Source of the DNA: a candidate division WOR-3 bacterium
Lineage (GTDB): Bacteria > Hydrothermota > Tepidihabitantia > Tepidihabitantales > Tepidihabitantaceae
Assembly (NCBI GenBank): GCA_965649225.1
Contig: CBFGJX010000027.1
Span: forward strand, 1 to 26,786
Length of the DNA: 26,786 bases
Reading direction: 5' to 3'
Of the stretch, positions 14,594-23,806 are shown in pieces. Both the position numbers and the translations under genes were made by a program. The first letter of the stretch is position 1. Each line of letters opens with the position of its first letter. The notes beneath the pieces were generated by a model. That model did not search any database. It was not told the origin of the DNA and saw nothing but the letters and a program-made list of their open reading frames with translations.

Positions 14594-17500
14594 ATGCGCC
14601 GGACCGTTGTTTTTGTCGTTCTGCTCGCCAGCTTTGGTCTTGGATACAACATCTTCTCCGAAGATTTCGACACCACCTGGACGTCGGTGTCGCCCCCGCC
14701 TGGCTGGCGGATCTTCCAAACCGACACAACCCGTTTGGGTGTAGATGACTGGCATCGGGAAAACGCCAATACTTCTCCCTGGGGGGGGCACCCAACCCCG
14801 TTTGCAGCCATCTACTTTAACGTGAACCCCGACGCACCACCAGACTCCTTGATCTCACCGATCATTGACTGTTCCGGCTACCGCAGCATAACTCTGACCT
14901 GCAGCACCTATTTTCTCCGCTTCTCCAGCAATAGCTACACGGCACAACTCCGTTACTCGATTGACGGCGGCGCGACCTTCCCTTACCTGCTCAAAGACTA
15001 CTACGCCGGCAGTTCAAACGTGCCGGTCCAGGAAACCTTCAGCCTTGACGCTGCCACCAATCAGTCGCAGGTCCGACTGGCCTGGATATTCGACGGCAAT
15101 CTGTCATACATCACCTGCTGGTATCTCGACGACATAACCGTTGCCGGTGAATCCATCCCGGCCTGGGACATTGAGTGCCGGCGCATCATCAGTCCGGCCA
15201 GCCGCATACTGCCTGGCCTGCTGACGCCGATTGCCCGTTTTCGCAACAATGGTTACAACGACCAGTACAACATCGCCATAGGCTGCAGTCTCTACGACGC
15301 CGGCATGACGCCATTGGAAGGTTGGACCAGCATCATCGAGACCCTGCCGGCGGGCGGAACCGAGCGGGATACTTTTTTCACCCCCGCCTACAACATTGCC
15401 GAGGGCGACTATTTCATCAAGTTCTGGGCAGCAGCCGATTCGGACTATGTTCGCAGCAACGACACGCTTACCCGGAACTTCCGGGTTTCGAACCTGGTTC
15501 AGCTTGGCTACGATGACCCCGGCCCGGCAGCAGCCTACAGCCAGTGGCCGGTCGGCCACTTCGGATGGGGCGTCAGGCTAACACCGGACAGCTTTCCAGT
15601 CTACATGGAATCGGTCAGGGTCTGGCTGGCCTTCCCGGCTAACCCGGCTCACTGCCGTTACCAGCTTGCGCTTTTCAGGGACAGCGCCGGTGTTCCCGGC
15701 CGGCTCTGGTACAAGACTCCGGTAATCCACGGCACTCCCGGTGACACTGGCTGGCAGTCGGTTTTCCTTGCTGACAGCGGTCGCAAGCTGGTTCTGGCCA
15801 ATGGGAGCTTCTGGCTCTTCTACCTACAGGTCGGCGAACCACCCGAATGTCCTGCACTGGGCCGAGACGCTGCCCGCACCGTCGGCGCACAATACTGGCA
15901 ATATCGCGCCGGTCAGTTTGTACCTGACTCAACCCCAGGCGACTTCAAACTGCGCACATACGTCAACCTCGCACCGTTCACTCCACCGACTGCTGATATC
16001 AGAGCCACATTCATCGACCGCCCGTGGTACGACTTTGTTCAACGGCCGTGGAATGCCCCGGTCATTCCGAGGGCCCGCGTCGAGAATTCCGGAACGACTG
16101 ATTTCAACGATTTTGCTGCCACTTGCTCGATAGTTGACGGCCTTGGCAACACGCTCTACTCCGATCGAGTAACAGTCACCACTCTTGCCGCCGGTGCTGA
16201 TACAACCATCACTTTTCTGCCCTGGACACCAGTCGCCGGCGGACGTTGCTCGGTCATTGTCTATGTTATCAGCTCAATTGGTCTGCCCGATGACATCCCC
16301 GCCAATGACACGACCCGCTCAACGGTTGATGTGATCAAAGGCGTCCACACCGGTTCCAGTCCGCTCGGCTATGCCTTCATCGACTCGGACACCATCGGCG
16401 GGCCGACCTACAATTGGATTGATACCACCGGGTTCCAGCTGGCGCCGAATCTCGGTAATTACGGACGGATTAACCTGCCGACATTCTTCAATTTCCGTTT
16501 CTACGACAGCGTCTACAACTATGTCTACGCATCAGCCAACGGCTGGTTCGCAATGGGATCGGCCGACCCGGGGGGCAGCGACGACTCATTTCCGCGGCCC
16601 TTGCCCAACACCGATCTGCCCAACCGCGCCGTTTATCCGTACTGGGACGATCTCGCAATGGGGCCGGGCTTTGGTCGCGGCTACCTGTACTACCGCTCGA
16701 TGGGGTCGGCCCCCAATCGCTACTTCGTCCTGACGTGGCTGAACGTCAACCGGGTCGGAACCGACACGACCAATGGGCTGTCATTCCAGGCCATTATCCG
16801 AGAGAACGGAACTTTCGACATCCAATACCGCGACGTGACGGTCGGTGACCCCGCTTACGACTACGGACGCAGCTCTGCTGTCGGACTCGAGAGCCCGGAC
16901 GGGCTGGACGGCGTCGGCTACCTCTATGCTCGCCCGCCGATGTCTTCAGCCCAGAACGACCCGGGCAATCGACTGAGTGCCGGCCGGGCAATCAGATTTT
17001 TCCGCCAGTATCGGGATGCTGCCGCCTTGGCGATAGTTCGACCGGAGATTTATGCCTTTCCGGGCCCGATCGCCCCGGTAGCCCGAGTTCAGAACTACGG
17101 CACCATCACCGATTCAATCCGGGTTTTCCTCAATATCGGAACCGTCTACTACGCCGAAACACTGCTGCAGAATGTGCCCGCCGGCGAAAGCCTGCTGGTC
17201 CAGTTCCCGGTCTGGAATGCCTTCACCGGCAGCTTCACCGCGGTCTGCTCAACCAGAATGGCAGGCGACTCGGACAGCACAAACAACGTCGCAAGCAAGC
17301 TGATAATAGTTTCGCCCTGGGCGCAGCGTGAAGACATTCCCAAGGGCTGGCGACGTCGCAAGGTGAAGGAAGGCACCGCCGTCTATGTCGAAGCAACCAA
17401 GCGCGTGTACGCGATGAAAGGCAGCAATACCAACGAATTGTGGTACTATGATGTCGCGACACGCACCTGGGATACGCTTGCCTCAATGCCACTCGGGCCT

Positions 17501-18607
17501 TCCGGCCGTCGCGCCCGCGATGGTGTCGACCTGACGTACGATCCGAACTGGGGAACACTCGGCCGACTGTGGGCAATCAAAGGTGGCGGCCGCGCTGACT
17601 TTTACCACTACGACATTGCCACCAATACCTGGACTGAAGCACCAGAAGCGATAGTCATCGACTCCATTGGCGGCCGGGAATGGCGACCGCCGAAGAAAGG
17701 TGCATCAATTGCCTATGCCCGCGGAATCGTTTATTGCCTGCCCGGAAACCGCACCAACTATTTCTGGCAATACGACATCGCCGCCGGACGCTGGAGTTAC
17801 GTTACTGACGCCAACAACCGGCCATTGGATGTTCCCTCCGACCCGCTCCGGCCGGTGAAATGCAAGTTCGGCACCGACATGGTATTCGGGAACAATGATA
17901 CACTGTATGTCCTGAAGGGGTCGAACACCCTCGAAGCCTACGGCTACGACCTCAATGTGAGAGCATGGATTGATACTTTGCCGACAGTCTCGCTGCTGGG
18001 CCCCCGTAATCGAATGGTGAAAACCGGTGCCTCGATGGCTTTTTACGACCATACGGTCTACATCGTCAAGGGTGGCAACACTCAGGAATTCTGGAGCTGG
18101 CGAGTCGGCGCCGACTCCTGGCTGCCGCGCGCCAATGTGCCGATATCACTGACCGGACGCCGGTCGAAGGTCAAACGCGGCTCAGCCCTTGCCGCCGCCG
18201 AATCAACCATCTACCTGCTGAAAGGCTCTTACGGCTATGAATTCTGGGAGTACTTGCCGGCAGCTGATCCGGTCACCATGCGGGCTGCATCGCCCTACCG
18301 TTCCGGCCAGATGGCAACTCCTGCGGCGTCCAAAGGCACACGATTGTCAGTCCGACCCAACCCGGCAAATCGCCTGGTCCGAGTGGAGCTCACACTGGCG
18401 GAAGCAGCCGATGTTCGCGTGCGGGTTTACGACGCTTCCGGTCGTCATGTTGCAAATTTGACAAACCGGCGGCTGCCCACCGGCCAGCTCTCTCTACAGT
18501 GGCCGCTGACAGAAGACAACGGCAAAAAGGTTCCCGCCGGCATCTACTTCATCGAAGCCACCACGCCCGATGCAAAGCTCACCCGAAAGGTAATAATCAA
18601 GGATTAG
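14594..18607 (+). CDS. Large secreted multidomain surface protein: adhesin/MAM-like domain, three CARDB/Ig-like domains, NIDO-like domain, 6-blade Kelch-like propeller, FlgD-Ig/T9SS-like C-terminal domain
   Basis: AAGGAGG SD (14582-14588) 5 nt before ATG 14594; signal peptide; FSEDF...PPGW...LISPIIDC...W.LDDITV; DYVRSNDT / DDIPANDT / DSDSTNNV Ig ends; ANGW...YPYWDDL...FQAII.ENG...QY; KGSNT/KGGNT blades; RPNP...VRVYDASGRHV...W...G..VPAGIYFI...RKVII tail. Confidence 0.85.
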   Translation: MRRTVVFVVLLASFGLGYNIFSEDFDTTWTSVSPPPGWRIFQTDTTRLGVDDWHRENANTSPWGGHPTPFAAIYFNVNPDAPPDSLISPIIDCSGYRSITLTCSTYFLRFSSNSYTAQLRYSIDGGATFPYLLKDYYAGSSNVPVQETFSLDAATNQSQVRLAWIFDGNLSYITCWYLDDITVAGESIPAWDIECRRIISPASRILPGLLTPIARFRNNGYNDQYNIAIGCSLYDAGMTPLEGWTSIIETLPAGGTERDTFFTPAYNIAEGDYFIKFWAAADSDYVRSNDTLTRNFRVSNLVQLGYDDPGPAAAYSQWPVGHFGWGVRLTPDSFPVYMESVRVWLAFPANPAHCRYQLALFRDSAGVPGRLWYKTPVIHGTPGDTGWQSVFLADSGRKLVLANGSFWLFYLQVGEPPECPALGRDAARTVGAQYWQYRAGQFVPDSTPGDFKLRTYVNLAPFTPPTADIRATFIDRPWYDFVQRPWNAPVIPRARVENSGTTDFNDFAATCSIVDGLGNTLYSDRVTVTTLAAGADTTITFLPWTPVAGGRCSVIVYVISSIGLPDDIPANDTTRSTVDVIKGVHTGSSPLGYAFIDSDTIGGPTYNWIDTTGFQLAPNLGNYGRINLPTFFNFRFYDSVYNYVYASANGWFAMGSADPGGSDDSFPRPLPNTDLPNRAVYPYWDDLAMGPGFGRGYLYYRSMGSAPNRYFVLTWLNVNRVGTDTTNGLSFQAIIRENGTFDIQYRDVTVGDPAYDYGRSSAVGLESPDGLDGVGYLYARPPMSSAQNDPGNRLSAGRAIRFFRQYRDAAALAIVRPEIYAFPGPIAPVARVQNYGTITDSIRVFLNIGTVYYAETLLQNVPAGESLLVQFPVWNAFTGSFTAVCSTRMAGDSDSTNNVASKLIIVSPWAQREDIPKGWRRRKVKEGTAVYVEATKRVYAMKGSNTNELWYYDVATRTWDTLASMPLGPSGRRARDGVDLTYDPNWGTLGRLWAIKGGGRADFYHYDIATNTWTEAPEAIVIDSIGGREWRPPKKGASIAYARGIVYCLPGNRTNYFWQYDIAAGRWSYVTDANNRPLDVPSDPLRPVKCKFGTDMVFGNNDTLYVLKGSNTLEAYGYDLNVRAWIDTLPTVSLLGPRNRMVKTGASMAFYDHTVYIVKGGNTQEFWSWRVGADSWLPRANVPISLTGRRSKVKRGSALAAAESTIYLLKGSYGYEFWEYLPAADPVTMRAASPYRSGQMATPAASKGTRLSVRPNPANRLVRVELTLAEAADVRVRVYDASGRHVANLTNRRLPTGQLSLQWPLTEDNGKKVPAGIYFIEATTPDAKLTRKVIIKD

Positions 18608-18627
18608 CACGCAGCCTGACTGAAAGC

Positions 18628-18664
18628 ATGCTTCGGGGTGGTCCGATGGGCCACCCCGAAGCAT
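18628..18664. terminator. Long hairpin between convergent genes; probable bidirectional terminator or processing stem
   Basis: ATGCTTCGGGGTGGTCC (18628-18644) / GGGCCACCCCGAAGCAT (18648-18664): 17 bp with one G-U on the plus strand; no clear U-tract. Confidence 0.7.
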
Positions 18665-18676
18665 CTCCGGCCACTT

Positions 18677-18958
18677 TCAGAATTTGTACCAGAGGTAAAC
18701 AACCACTGCTATCAAGACAACGGCGAGCAGATTGATCGACAAACCGACTCCAAATGTTAATCGGGCGAAGGCCAGATCCAGTTCGAGCGGGCCGATACTG
18801 ACATCTTTGGCAGCGAAAAAGAAACTCCGCACCGGACCAGCGGGGAACACCAGTGCAACCAGATGCGAAAGGGCACTGCCGAGCACGCCAGCCACGACTA
18901 CCCCGAGAACCAGCAGACCAACAGAACGCCCCCCCGCGCGTGGTCTCAGGCTACGCAC
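18677..18958 (-). CDS. DUF4321-like small membrane protein
   Basis: Two hydrophobic segments flanking SIGPLELDLAFARLTFGVGLSINL; GTG 18958 with GAGGT SD preferred over TTG 18982. Confidence 0.7.
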   Translation of the reverse strand: MRSLRPRAGGRSVGLLVLGVVVAGVLGSALSHLVALVFPAGPVRSFFFAAKDVSIGPLELDLAFARLTFGVGLSINLLAVVLIAVVVYLWYKF

Positions 18959-19000
18959 GACCAAGACCTCAAAATACAACAACCGAACATCATCGGGAGT

Positions 19001-20041
19001 TTATTGATTCAAGGATCTTTTTTCAACTCCGGAACCGATCAGGATCAGGTTCGCCTCCGCCCCGCAGCGGGCACATTTTGAGTCAACGCAGCCGACAACC
19101 CTTCCCCGGCAAAGAGAACGGTCCACCAGCCGGTTATGACAACGGGGACAGAATGTGTCGCGAAAACGTTCCGGTGCTGCCACATTGCCGACATAAACAT
19201 AATCGAGTCGCTTGGCTGCCAGTTCTGCAGCGCGAAGCAACGCGGCAGGTGCAGTCGCCGGCTCTTTGGCTCGATGGCGGGGAAAGTAACGAGAAAAGTG
19301 AAGCGGGATGGTGCGAGCCAGGCTGGCAACAAAGGCGACGAGCTGATTGATATCATCATCGCTGTCGTTGCGACCGGGTATCAGTAGACAAGTCAGTTCG
19401 ATGTGCCATCGCCGATGCACCTTCTCGATTGTCCTCAGCACGGCATCCAGCGAACCGCCGACGTAGTCGCTGTAGAATTCGGGCCGAATCGACTTCAGGT
19501 CGATGTTTGCCGCATCAACCAGCGGCAACAATTCGGCAAGTGGATCCGGATTGATCACGCCGTTGGTAACCAGCACCACTTTGAGACCGGCCGCTCGCAG
19601 CAAACGGGCAGAATCCAGCACGTACTCGAACCAAACGACCGGTTCAGTATAGGTGAAGGCAACTGCCGGCACTGCTTCGGCGCGCGCCAGCTCGACTAAG
19701 GTGTCGGGCGAAATGTAACGTCCCGGAACGGCGTTCTGCGAAATCTCGCTGTTCTGACAGAAGGGACAGGAAAGATTGCAACCATAGGTTGCCACCGAGA
19801 GGATTTCAGTGCCGGGAAGATAATGGTAAAGTGGTTTCTTCTCGATCGGGTCGGTCGCCATGGCCACCACCTGACCATAACTTGCGGCCACAAGCCGGCC
19901 GCTTCGATTCTGTCGGCCGCGACAGCGCCCGTGTCTGTTCTCAGCAATAACGCAGTTGTGGGGGCAGAGCGTACAGCAGACACCGGCCGGCGTCGCTCGC
20001 CAGTATTGTGCTGACCGTTCAGGCCGTCCCGCTGCTGCCAT
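19001..20041 (-). CDS. amrS: AmmeMemoRadiSam-system radical SAM enzyme (PFL-activase-like)
   Basis: CTLCPHNC, DPIEKKPLYHYLPG, CxxxCxxC GCNLSCPFCQN, AFTYTEP, VTNG, ANIDLK, PLHFSRYFP, YVYVGN, TFCPRC...CARCG. Confidence 0.92.
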   Translation of the reverse strand: MAAAGRPERSAQYWRATPAGVCCTLCPHNCVIAENRHGRCRGRQNRSGRLVAASYGQVVAMATDPIEKKPLYHYLPGTEILSVATYGCNLSCPFCQNSEISQNAVPGRYISPDTLVELARAEAVPAVAFTYTEPVVWFEYVLDSARLLRAAGLKVVLVTNGVINPDPLAELLPLVDAANIDLKSIRPEFYSDYVGGSLDAVLRTIEKVHRRWHIELTCLLIPGRNDSDDDINQLVAFVASLARTIPLHFSRYFPRHRAKEPATAPAALLRAAELAAKRLDYVYVGNVAAPERFRDTFCPRCHNRLVDRSLCRGRVVGCVDSKCARCGAEANLILIGSGVEKRSLNQ

Positions 20042-20047
20042 CGGGAA

Positions 20048-20075
20048 ATGCTAACTCATTGCGCCGACCGGTCAA
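20048..20075 (-). promoter_or_regulatory. Putative sigma70 promoter (leaderless) for amrS
   Basis: Minus strand TTGACC (20075-20070), 16 nt, TAGCAT (20053-20048), 6 nt, ATG; no SD. Confidence 0.65.
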
Positions 20076-20089
20076 CAACGCTGCAACCT

Positions 20090-20782
20090 TCACGCGCCGG
20101 CGACGGCCAGGCCAAACAGACGGGTGGCACCGCCCTTTAGAAGACACCGGCCGGCCTCATCAAGCGTGGCGCCGGTCGTAATCACATCGTCGACGATGAT
20201 TACCGACCGTCCTGACACAGTAATTCCCGGCCGCAACGCAAAAGCACCTCGCACGCTGCTGCGCCGTAGCGCAGTACTTGCCGTCCTGGTCTGCGTGGGT
20301 GTATTGCGACGCCGAACAAGCAGTTCACACAGTTCCTTGCCGGTTTCCTCTGCAACCCACCTGGCCAAGAATTGGGCCTGATTGTAACCGCGCTCGCGCT
20401 GTCGCGCTGGGTGCAGTGGTATCGGACAGACCGAATCGGCTGAAATCATGGCTGGATCCGACTCCACCAACGCCGCCAGCGCCTCACCCACCGGCCGGGC
20501 AAGGATAGTTTTGTGTTCGTACTTCAAGGCGTGGACTACCGTCGCGAACGGCGGCCGGTATGGCCCCAGTACTCGAGCCCGCTCCAGGCTCCACGGACGA
20601 CAATTCCGTTCGGGATGCGCGCCAGCCACAGGACGACCACAGACTGGGCAGGCAACAAGCGCACTGGAATGGAGCAGCTCAAGACAATTGCGGCAGATAA
20701 AGCCCGATTCAATTTCCCGGCCGCAACCAAAGCAAACCGGCGGGAAAACAAAGTCCAGCAGAGCACGACCGACCGACCTCAG
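20090..20782 (-). CDS. comF: ComF family protein (double zinc ribbon plus PRTase-like domain); start non-canonical or uncertain
   Basis: HALKY, PIPLHPARQRERGYNQA, T.TQT, IIVDDVITTGATL. The frame continues upstream of the tracked GTG 20629 as LLDFVFPPVCFGCG...ICRNC...CPVCGRP up to a TAA at 20818-20816. Confidence 0.88.
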   Translation of the reverse strand: MRSVGRALLDFVFPPVCFGCGREIESGFICRNCLELLHSSALVACPVCGRPVAGAHPERNCRPWSLERARVLGPYRPPFATVVHALKYEHKTILARPVGEALAALVESDPAMISADSVCPIPLHPARQRERGYNQAQFLARWVAEETGKELCELLVRRRNTPTQTRTASTALRRSSVRGAFALRPGITVSGRSVIIVDDVITTGATLDEAGRCLLKGGATRLFGLAVAGA

Positions 20783-20786
20783 CCGA

Positions 20787-21581
20787 TCAACGAAGACTGT
20801 TTTGCGCGTGGGTGGTTACCGTTCTGCGGACAGCAAAGAAGACCAGCAGCACGATGCCGATACCGGCCAGACTCAAAGCAACAATCTGATTCCCCCAGAA
20901 GTTGGCCGAGTTCTCGTAGTATCGGACAAAGTCGACGAAGAAACGGAACAAGGAATACAGCACCAGAATCAGCGAGAAAAGAACGCCTTCCTTCAAGTGT
21001 CGGCGCTCCAAAAGCAGCGCTATCCCGAAAAGAACCAATCCAGCCAGAGAGGAATAAAGCTGAGTCGGATGGACCGGCTGGTGAGGAAACGTCGCCCCAG
21101 CGGGTGAATTCAGCGGGAAAACAAGCCCAACAGGACAAGCGGTTGGACGCCCGAAGCAACAGCCGTTCAGAAAGCAGCCAATGCGGGTAAGTCCCTCACC
21201 GAGGACTATCGCCGGAGCGATCGCGTCCATCATTTTCGGCAGCGGCAAACGATTCACCAGTATGTAAACCAGCCCGGCGACAACTCCGCCCAGAAAGCCG
21301 CCAAAAAACATCAAGCCGGCAAGCCCGCCTCGCCAGAAGGCGATGATGCCGATGAGGTCGTTGGCAAACTCGTCCCAGTGAAAGGCAACATAGAACAACC
21401 TGGCTCCGAGAACAACTGCCAGCAGAACCCAGAGCGCCAGATCGGTAATCTTGCGGGAATCAACGTTAAAACGTTTGGCTCTTCTTTCGACAATCGAAAT
21501 GCCAAACATGAAGGAGAGAAAAAGCATGACGCCATAGGAGTAGATCCGGATGCTGCCGAGATTCAGAATTACGGGAAACAC
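20787..21581 (-). CDS. lgt: Prolipoprotein diacylglyceryl transferase
   Basis: MFPVI..G...IYSYG, GARLFYV, GLMFFGG, RIGCFLNGCCFG, HPTQLY, YSLFRFFVDFVR; multiple TM segments. Confidence 0.95.
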   Translation of the reverse strand: MFPVILNLGSIRIYSYGVMLFLSFMFGISIVERRAKRFNVDSRKITDLALWVLLAVVLGARLFYVAFHWDEFANDLIGIIAFWRGGLAGLMFFGGFLGGVVAGLVYILVNRLPLPKMMDAIAPAIVLGEGLTRIGCFLNGCCFGRPTACPVGLVFPLNSPAGATFPHQPVHPTQLYSSLAGLVLFGIALLLERRHLKEGVLFSLILVLYSLFRFFVDFVRYYENSANFWGNQIVALSLAGIGIVLLVFFAVRRTVTTHAQNSLR

Positions 21582-21586
21582 GGCCT

Positions 21587-21614
21587 ATGCTACCCGTCGC
21601 CCGAGGAGAGTCAA
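21587..21614 (-). promoter_or_regulatory. Putative sigma70 promoter (leaderless) for lgt
   Basis: Minus strand TTGACT (21614-21609), 16 nt, TAGCAT (21592-21587), 5 nt, GTG; no SD. Confidence 0.65.
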
Positions 21615-21620
21615 GCGCAC

Positions 21621-22637
21621 CTAGCAGATCCTGGGCAGCTGCTCGCCCTGCAGCATGATCAATCGACGCAACGACCCAGTCTGGGTTTTCAACCAGACGC
21701 CGGCTGGAGCTTTCCGGACCTGCCCGATCACCCGGGCGCGTCGACCAAGCCGGCTCTTCCGCACGGCGCTCAACACTGCCGCGGTTTGCCGTTCGGCAAC
21801 GACCAGCACTACCTTGCCCTCATTGGCCATGTACAGCGGATCCAGTCCGAGCAGCCGCGCCACAGCCTGCACCGGACCGGCGACCGGCAGCTTGTCGCCG
21901 TCGATTTCAAACCCCAGGCCGGTCTGTTCAGCAAACTCACAGAGCGTCGTCGCCAGGCCGCCGCGTGTCGGGTCACGGGCAAGATGAACCCCCCCAGCGG
22001 CAATGGCGCATTGGACAAGCCGGTCGAGCGCAGCACAATCACTTCGCAGCCGTGCTCTCAGGCCATAATCTCCCCGAGCCAAAGCAACCGCTGCCTCATG
22101 CGTTCCCAGCTCACCGCTCAGTACAATGTTATCACCGGGGCGAACACTTCCGGGACCTAGCTGCAGCCCGGCGCTGACCAGGCCTATCCCGGTCGTGTTG
22201 ATATACAGACCGCTGTCTTCTCCCCTCTCGATGACCTTGGTGTCACCAGCGACGATCTCGACACCAACCGACCGGGCAGTTCGTCCCAGCGAACGGCATA
22301 CGCGTTCAAGGACCGACAACTCCAACCCCTCCCGGAGAATGAATCCGACCGAAATGCAGCACGGCTTGGCCCCGACCACAGCAAGGTCATTGACTGTACC
22401 GCAAACAGCCAGCTTGCCGATATCACCGCCCGGGAAAAACAATGGTTGAACCACAAAGCTGTCTGTCGACACGGCCAGCCGCTGCCCCCGGAGGGAAATG
22501 ACAGCGGCATCGTCGAGCCTCGCGAGTACCTTGGAACCGAAATGGCGCAGAAAGACCTCACGAACCAGCCGGTGCATCAAACGCCCACCAGCACCGTGCC
22601 CGGCGACAATCCGCTCGCCTTCAAACCGGCCTGTCAC
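21621..22637 (-). CDS. hypE: [NiFe]-hydrogenase maturation carbamoyl dehydratase HypE
   Basis: GHGAGG, DDAA, STDSFVVQPLFFPGGDIGKLAVCGTVNDLA, AGDTKV, INTTGIG, SDCA, RDPTRGG, ANEGK, C-terminal PRIC. Start is GTG 22637 or ATG 22652. Confidence 0.96.
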   Translation of the reverse strand: MTGRFEGERIVAGHGAGGRLMHRLVREVFLRHFGSKVLARLDDAAVISLRGQRLAVSTDSFVVQPLFFPGGDIGKLAVCGTVNDLAVVGAKPCCISVGFILREGLELSVLERVCRSLGRTARSVGVEIVAGDTKVIERGEDSGLYINTTGIGLVSAGLQLGPGSVRPGDNIVLSGELGTHEAAVALARGDYGLRARLRSDCAALDRLVQCAIAAGGVHLARDPTRGGLATTLCEFAEQTGLGFEIDGDKLPVAGPVQAVARLLGLDPLYMANEGKVVLVVAERQTAAVLSAVRKSRLGRRARVIGQVRKAPAGVWLKTQTGSLRRLIMLQGEQLPRIC

Positions 22638-23724
22638 CGCTCCCCCGCTCATATTTGTAGTACGCAGCACAAGCGCCCTCAGACGAAACCATGCACGGCC
22701 CCAGTGGTCGGTCCGGCGTGCAGCGCTTGGCAAAGAAATGACAGTCGGTCGGCACAATTTGCCCCAGCATCACCTGACCACAATGACAGGCCGCCGCTGG
22801 CTTTGGGTCTGCAATCAGTCCGAATCGCCGCCGCGCATTGCAGAACTGGTACTTGGGTGCCAGTTCAAGCCCCGAATCCGCCAACCTGCCCAACCCGCGC
22901 CAACGTGCTTCAACCGGCACGAACACTTCCGACAACAAAGCCAGGCTTAGCGGATTGCCCTCAGGCCGCACGACCCGACGATATTTCACCGCCAGTCGAG
23001 CGCCATTCTCGAGCTGAGAAAGCAACTCATTGATTGCCGCCAGGATATCGGCCGTTTCGAACCCAGCCACACAACAGGGTACACTGAACTCTCGGACCAG
23101 GAATTCGTACGGTGAAGTGCCGATCACTGCCGAAACGTGACCAGGCAGTATCAAACCATCTGCCGCTCTTGCCGGCTGCATGACCAATGCCCGCAGAGCA
23201 GCCGGAATCGTTTTGAGTAGCGAAAGCACAAAAAAGTTGCGCAGCCCGCGCCTGGCTGCCTCAACAATAGCCGCCGCCAGCGTCGGAGCGGTGGTTTCGA
23301 AACCAACTCCGACAAAGACAAAACTGCGCCCGGACTCGCGAGCGGCCAATGCCAATGCATCGATCGGAGAATAGACCACTCTCACATCGGCCCCTGTCGA
23401 TCGTACCTGTTCAAGGCTGCCGCCGCCACGCCCAGGCACCCGCATCATGTCGCCAAAAGTCACGATCGTGGCTTCCCGCCGAGCGGCAAAACTGACGATC
23501 ATGTCAATGTCAGACTGGTCAGTTACGCAGACCGGGCAGCCGGGGCCGGAAAGCAACCGCAGCCGGGGGTCGAGGGCCCTGCGGATACCCGTCTCGGATA
23601 TTGCCATCGTATGCGTTCCGCAGACCTCCATCAATGCCAGCCGACCGCGCCGCTGGGCCAGTTTGCCGATACGGGAGTTCATCTCGCTTATTGCAGCTGC
23701 AAATTCTCTGGCCGCTTCGCCCAT
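22621..23724 (-). CDS. hypD: [NiFe]-hydrogenase maturation protein HypD
   Basis: MEVCGTHT, SGPGCPVCV, TFGDMMRVPG, GFETTAP, PGHVS, CMVSSEGACAAYY; TAAGG SD. Confidence 0.96.
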   Translation of the reverse strand: MGEAAREFAAAISEMNSRIGKLAQRRGRLALMEVCGTHTMAISETGIRRALDPRLRLLSGPGCPVCVTDQSDIDMIVSFAARREATIVTFGDMMRVPGRGGGSLEQVRSTGADVRVVYSPIDALALAARESGRSFVFVGVGFETTAPTLAAAIVEAARRGLRNFFVLSLLKTIPAALRALVMQPARAADGLILPGHVSAVIGTSPYEFLVREFSVPCCVAGFETADILAAINELLSQLENGARLAVKYRRVVRPEGNPLSLALLSEVFVPVEARWRGLGRLADSGLELAPKYQFCNARRRFGLIADPKPAAACHCGQVMLGQIVPTDCHFFAKRCTPDRPLGPCMVSSEGACAAYYKYERGSGDRPV

Positions 23725-23806
23725 CGCTCAGCCTTAGTCGAAACAATCTTGGCAAACTACACACCTTGCCAAAATGCTTGAAGTCAGAATTATCAGTCGT
23801 GGACGG

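Noticed and set aside
22653..22757. Extended N-termini in the ORF track for hypE (also htrA 25168, gamma subunit 25776, PBP 4258, beta-flower 11536)
   Set aside because: They overlap upstream genes or leaders; downstream starts have SDs or stop-start coupling and match where family similarity begins.
23749..23772. Sigma54 -24/-12 promoter (TGGCA...TTGC) for hypD
   Set aside because: GG-to-GC spacing is longer than the strict 10 nt on both strands.
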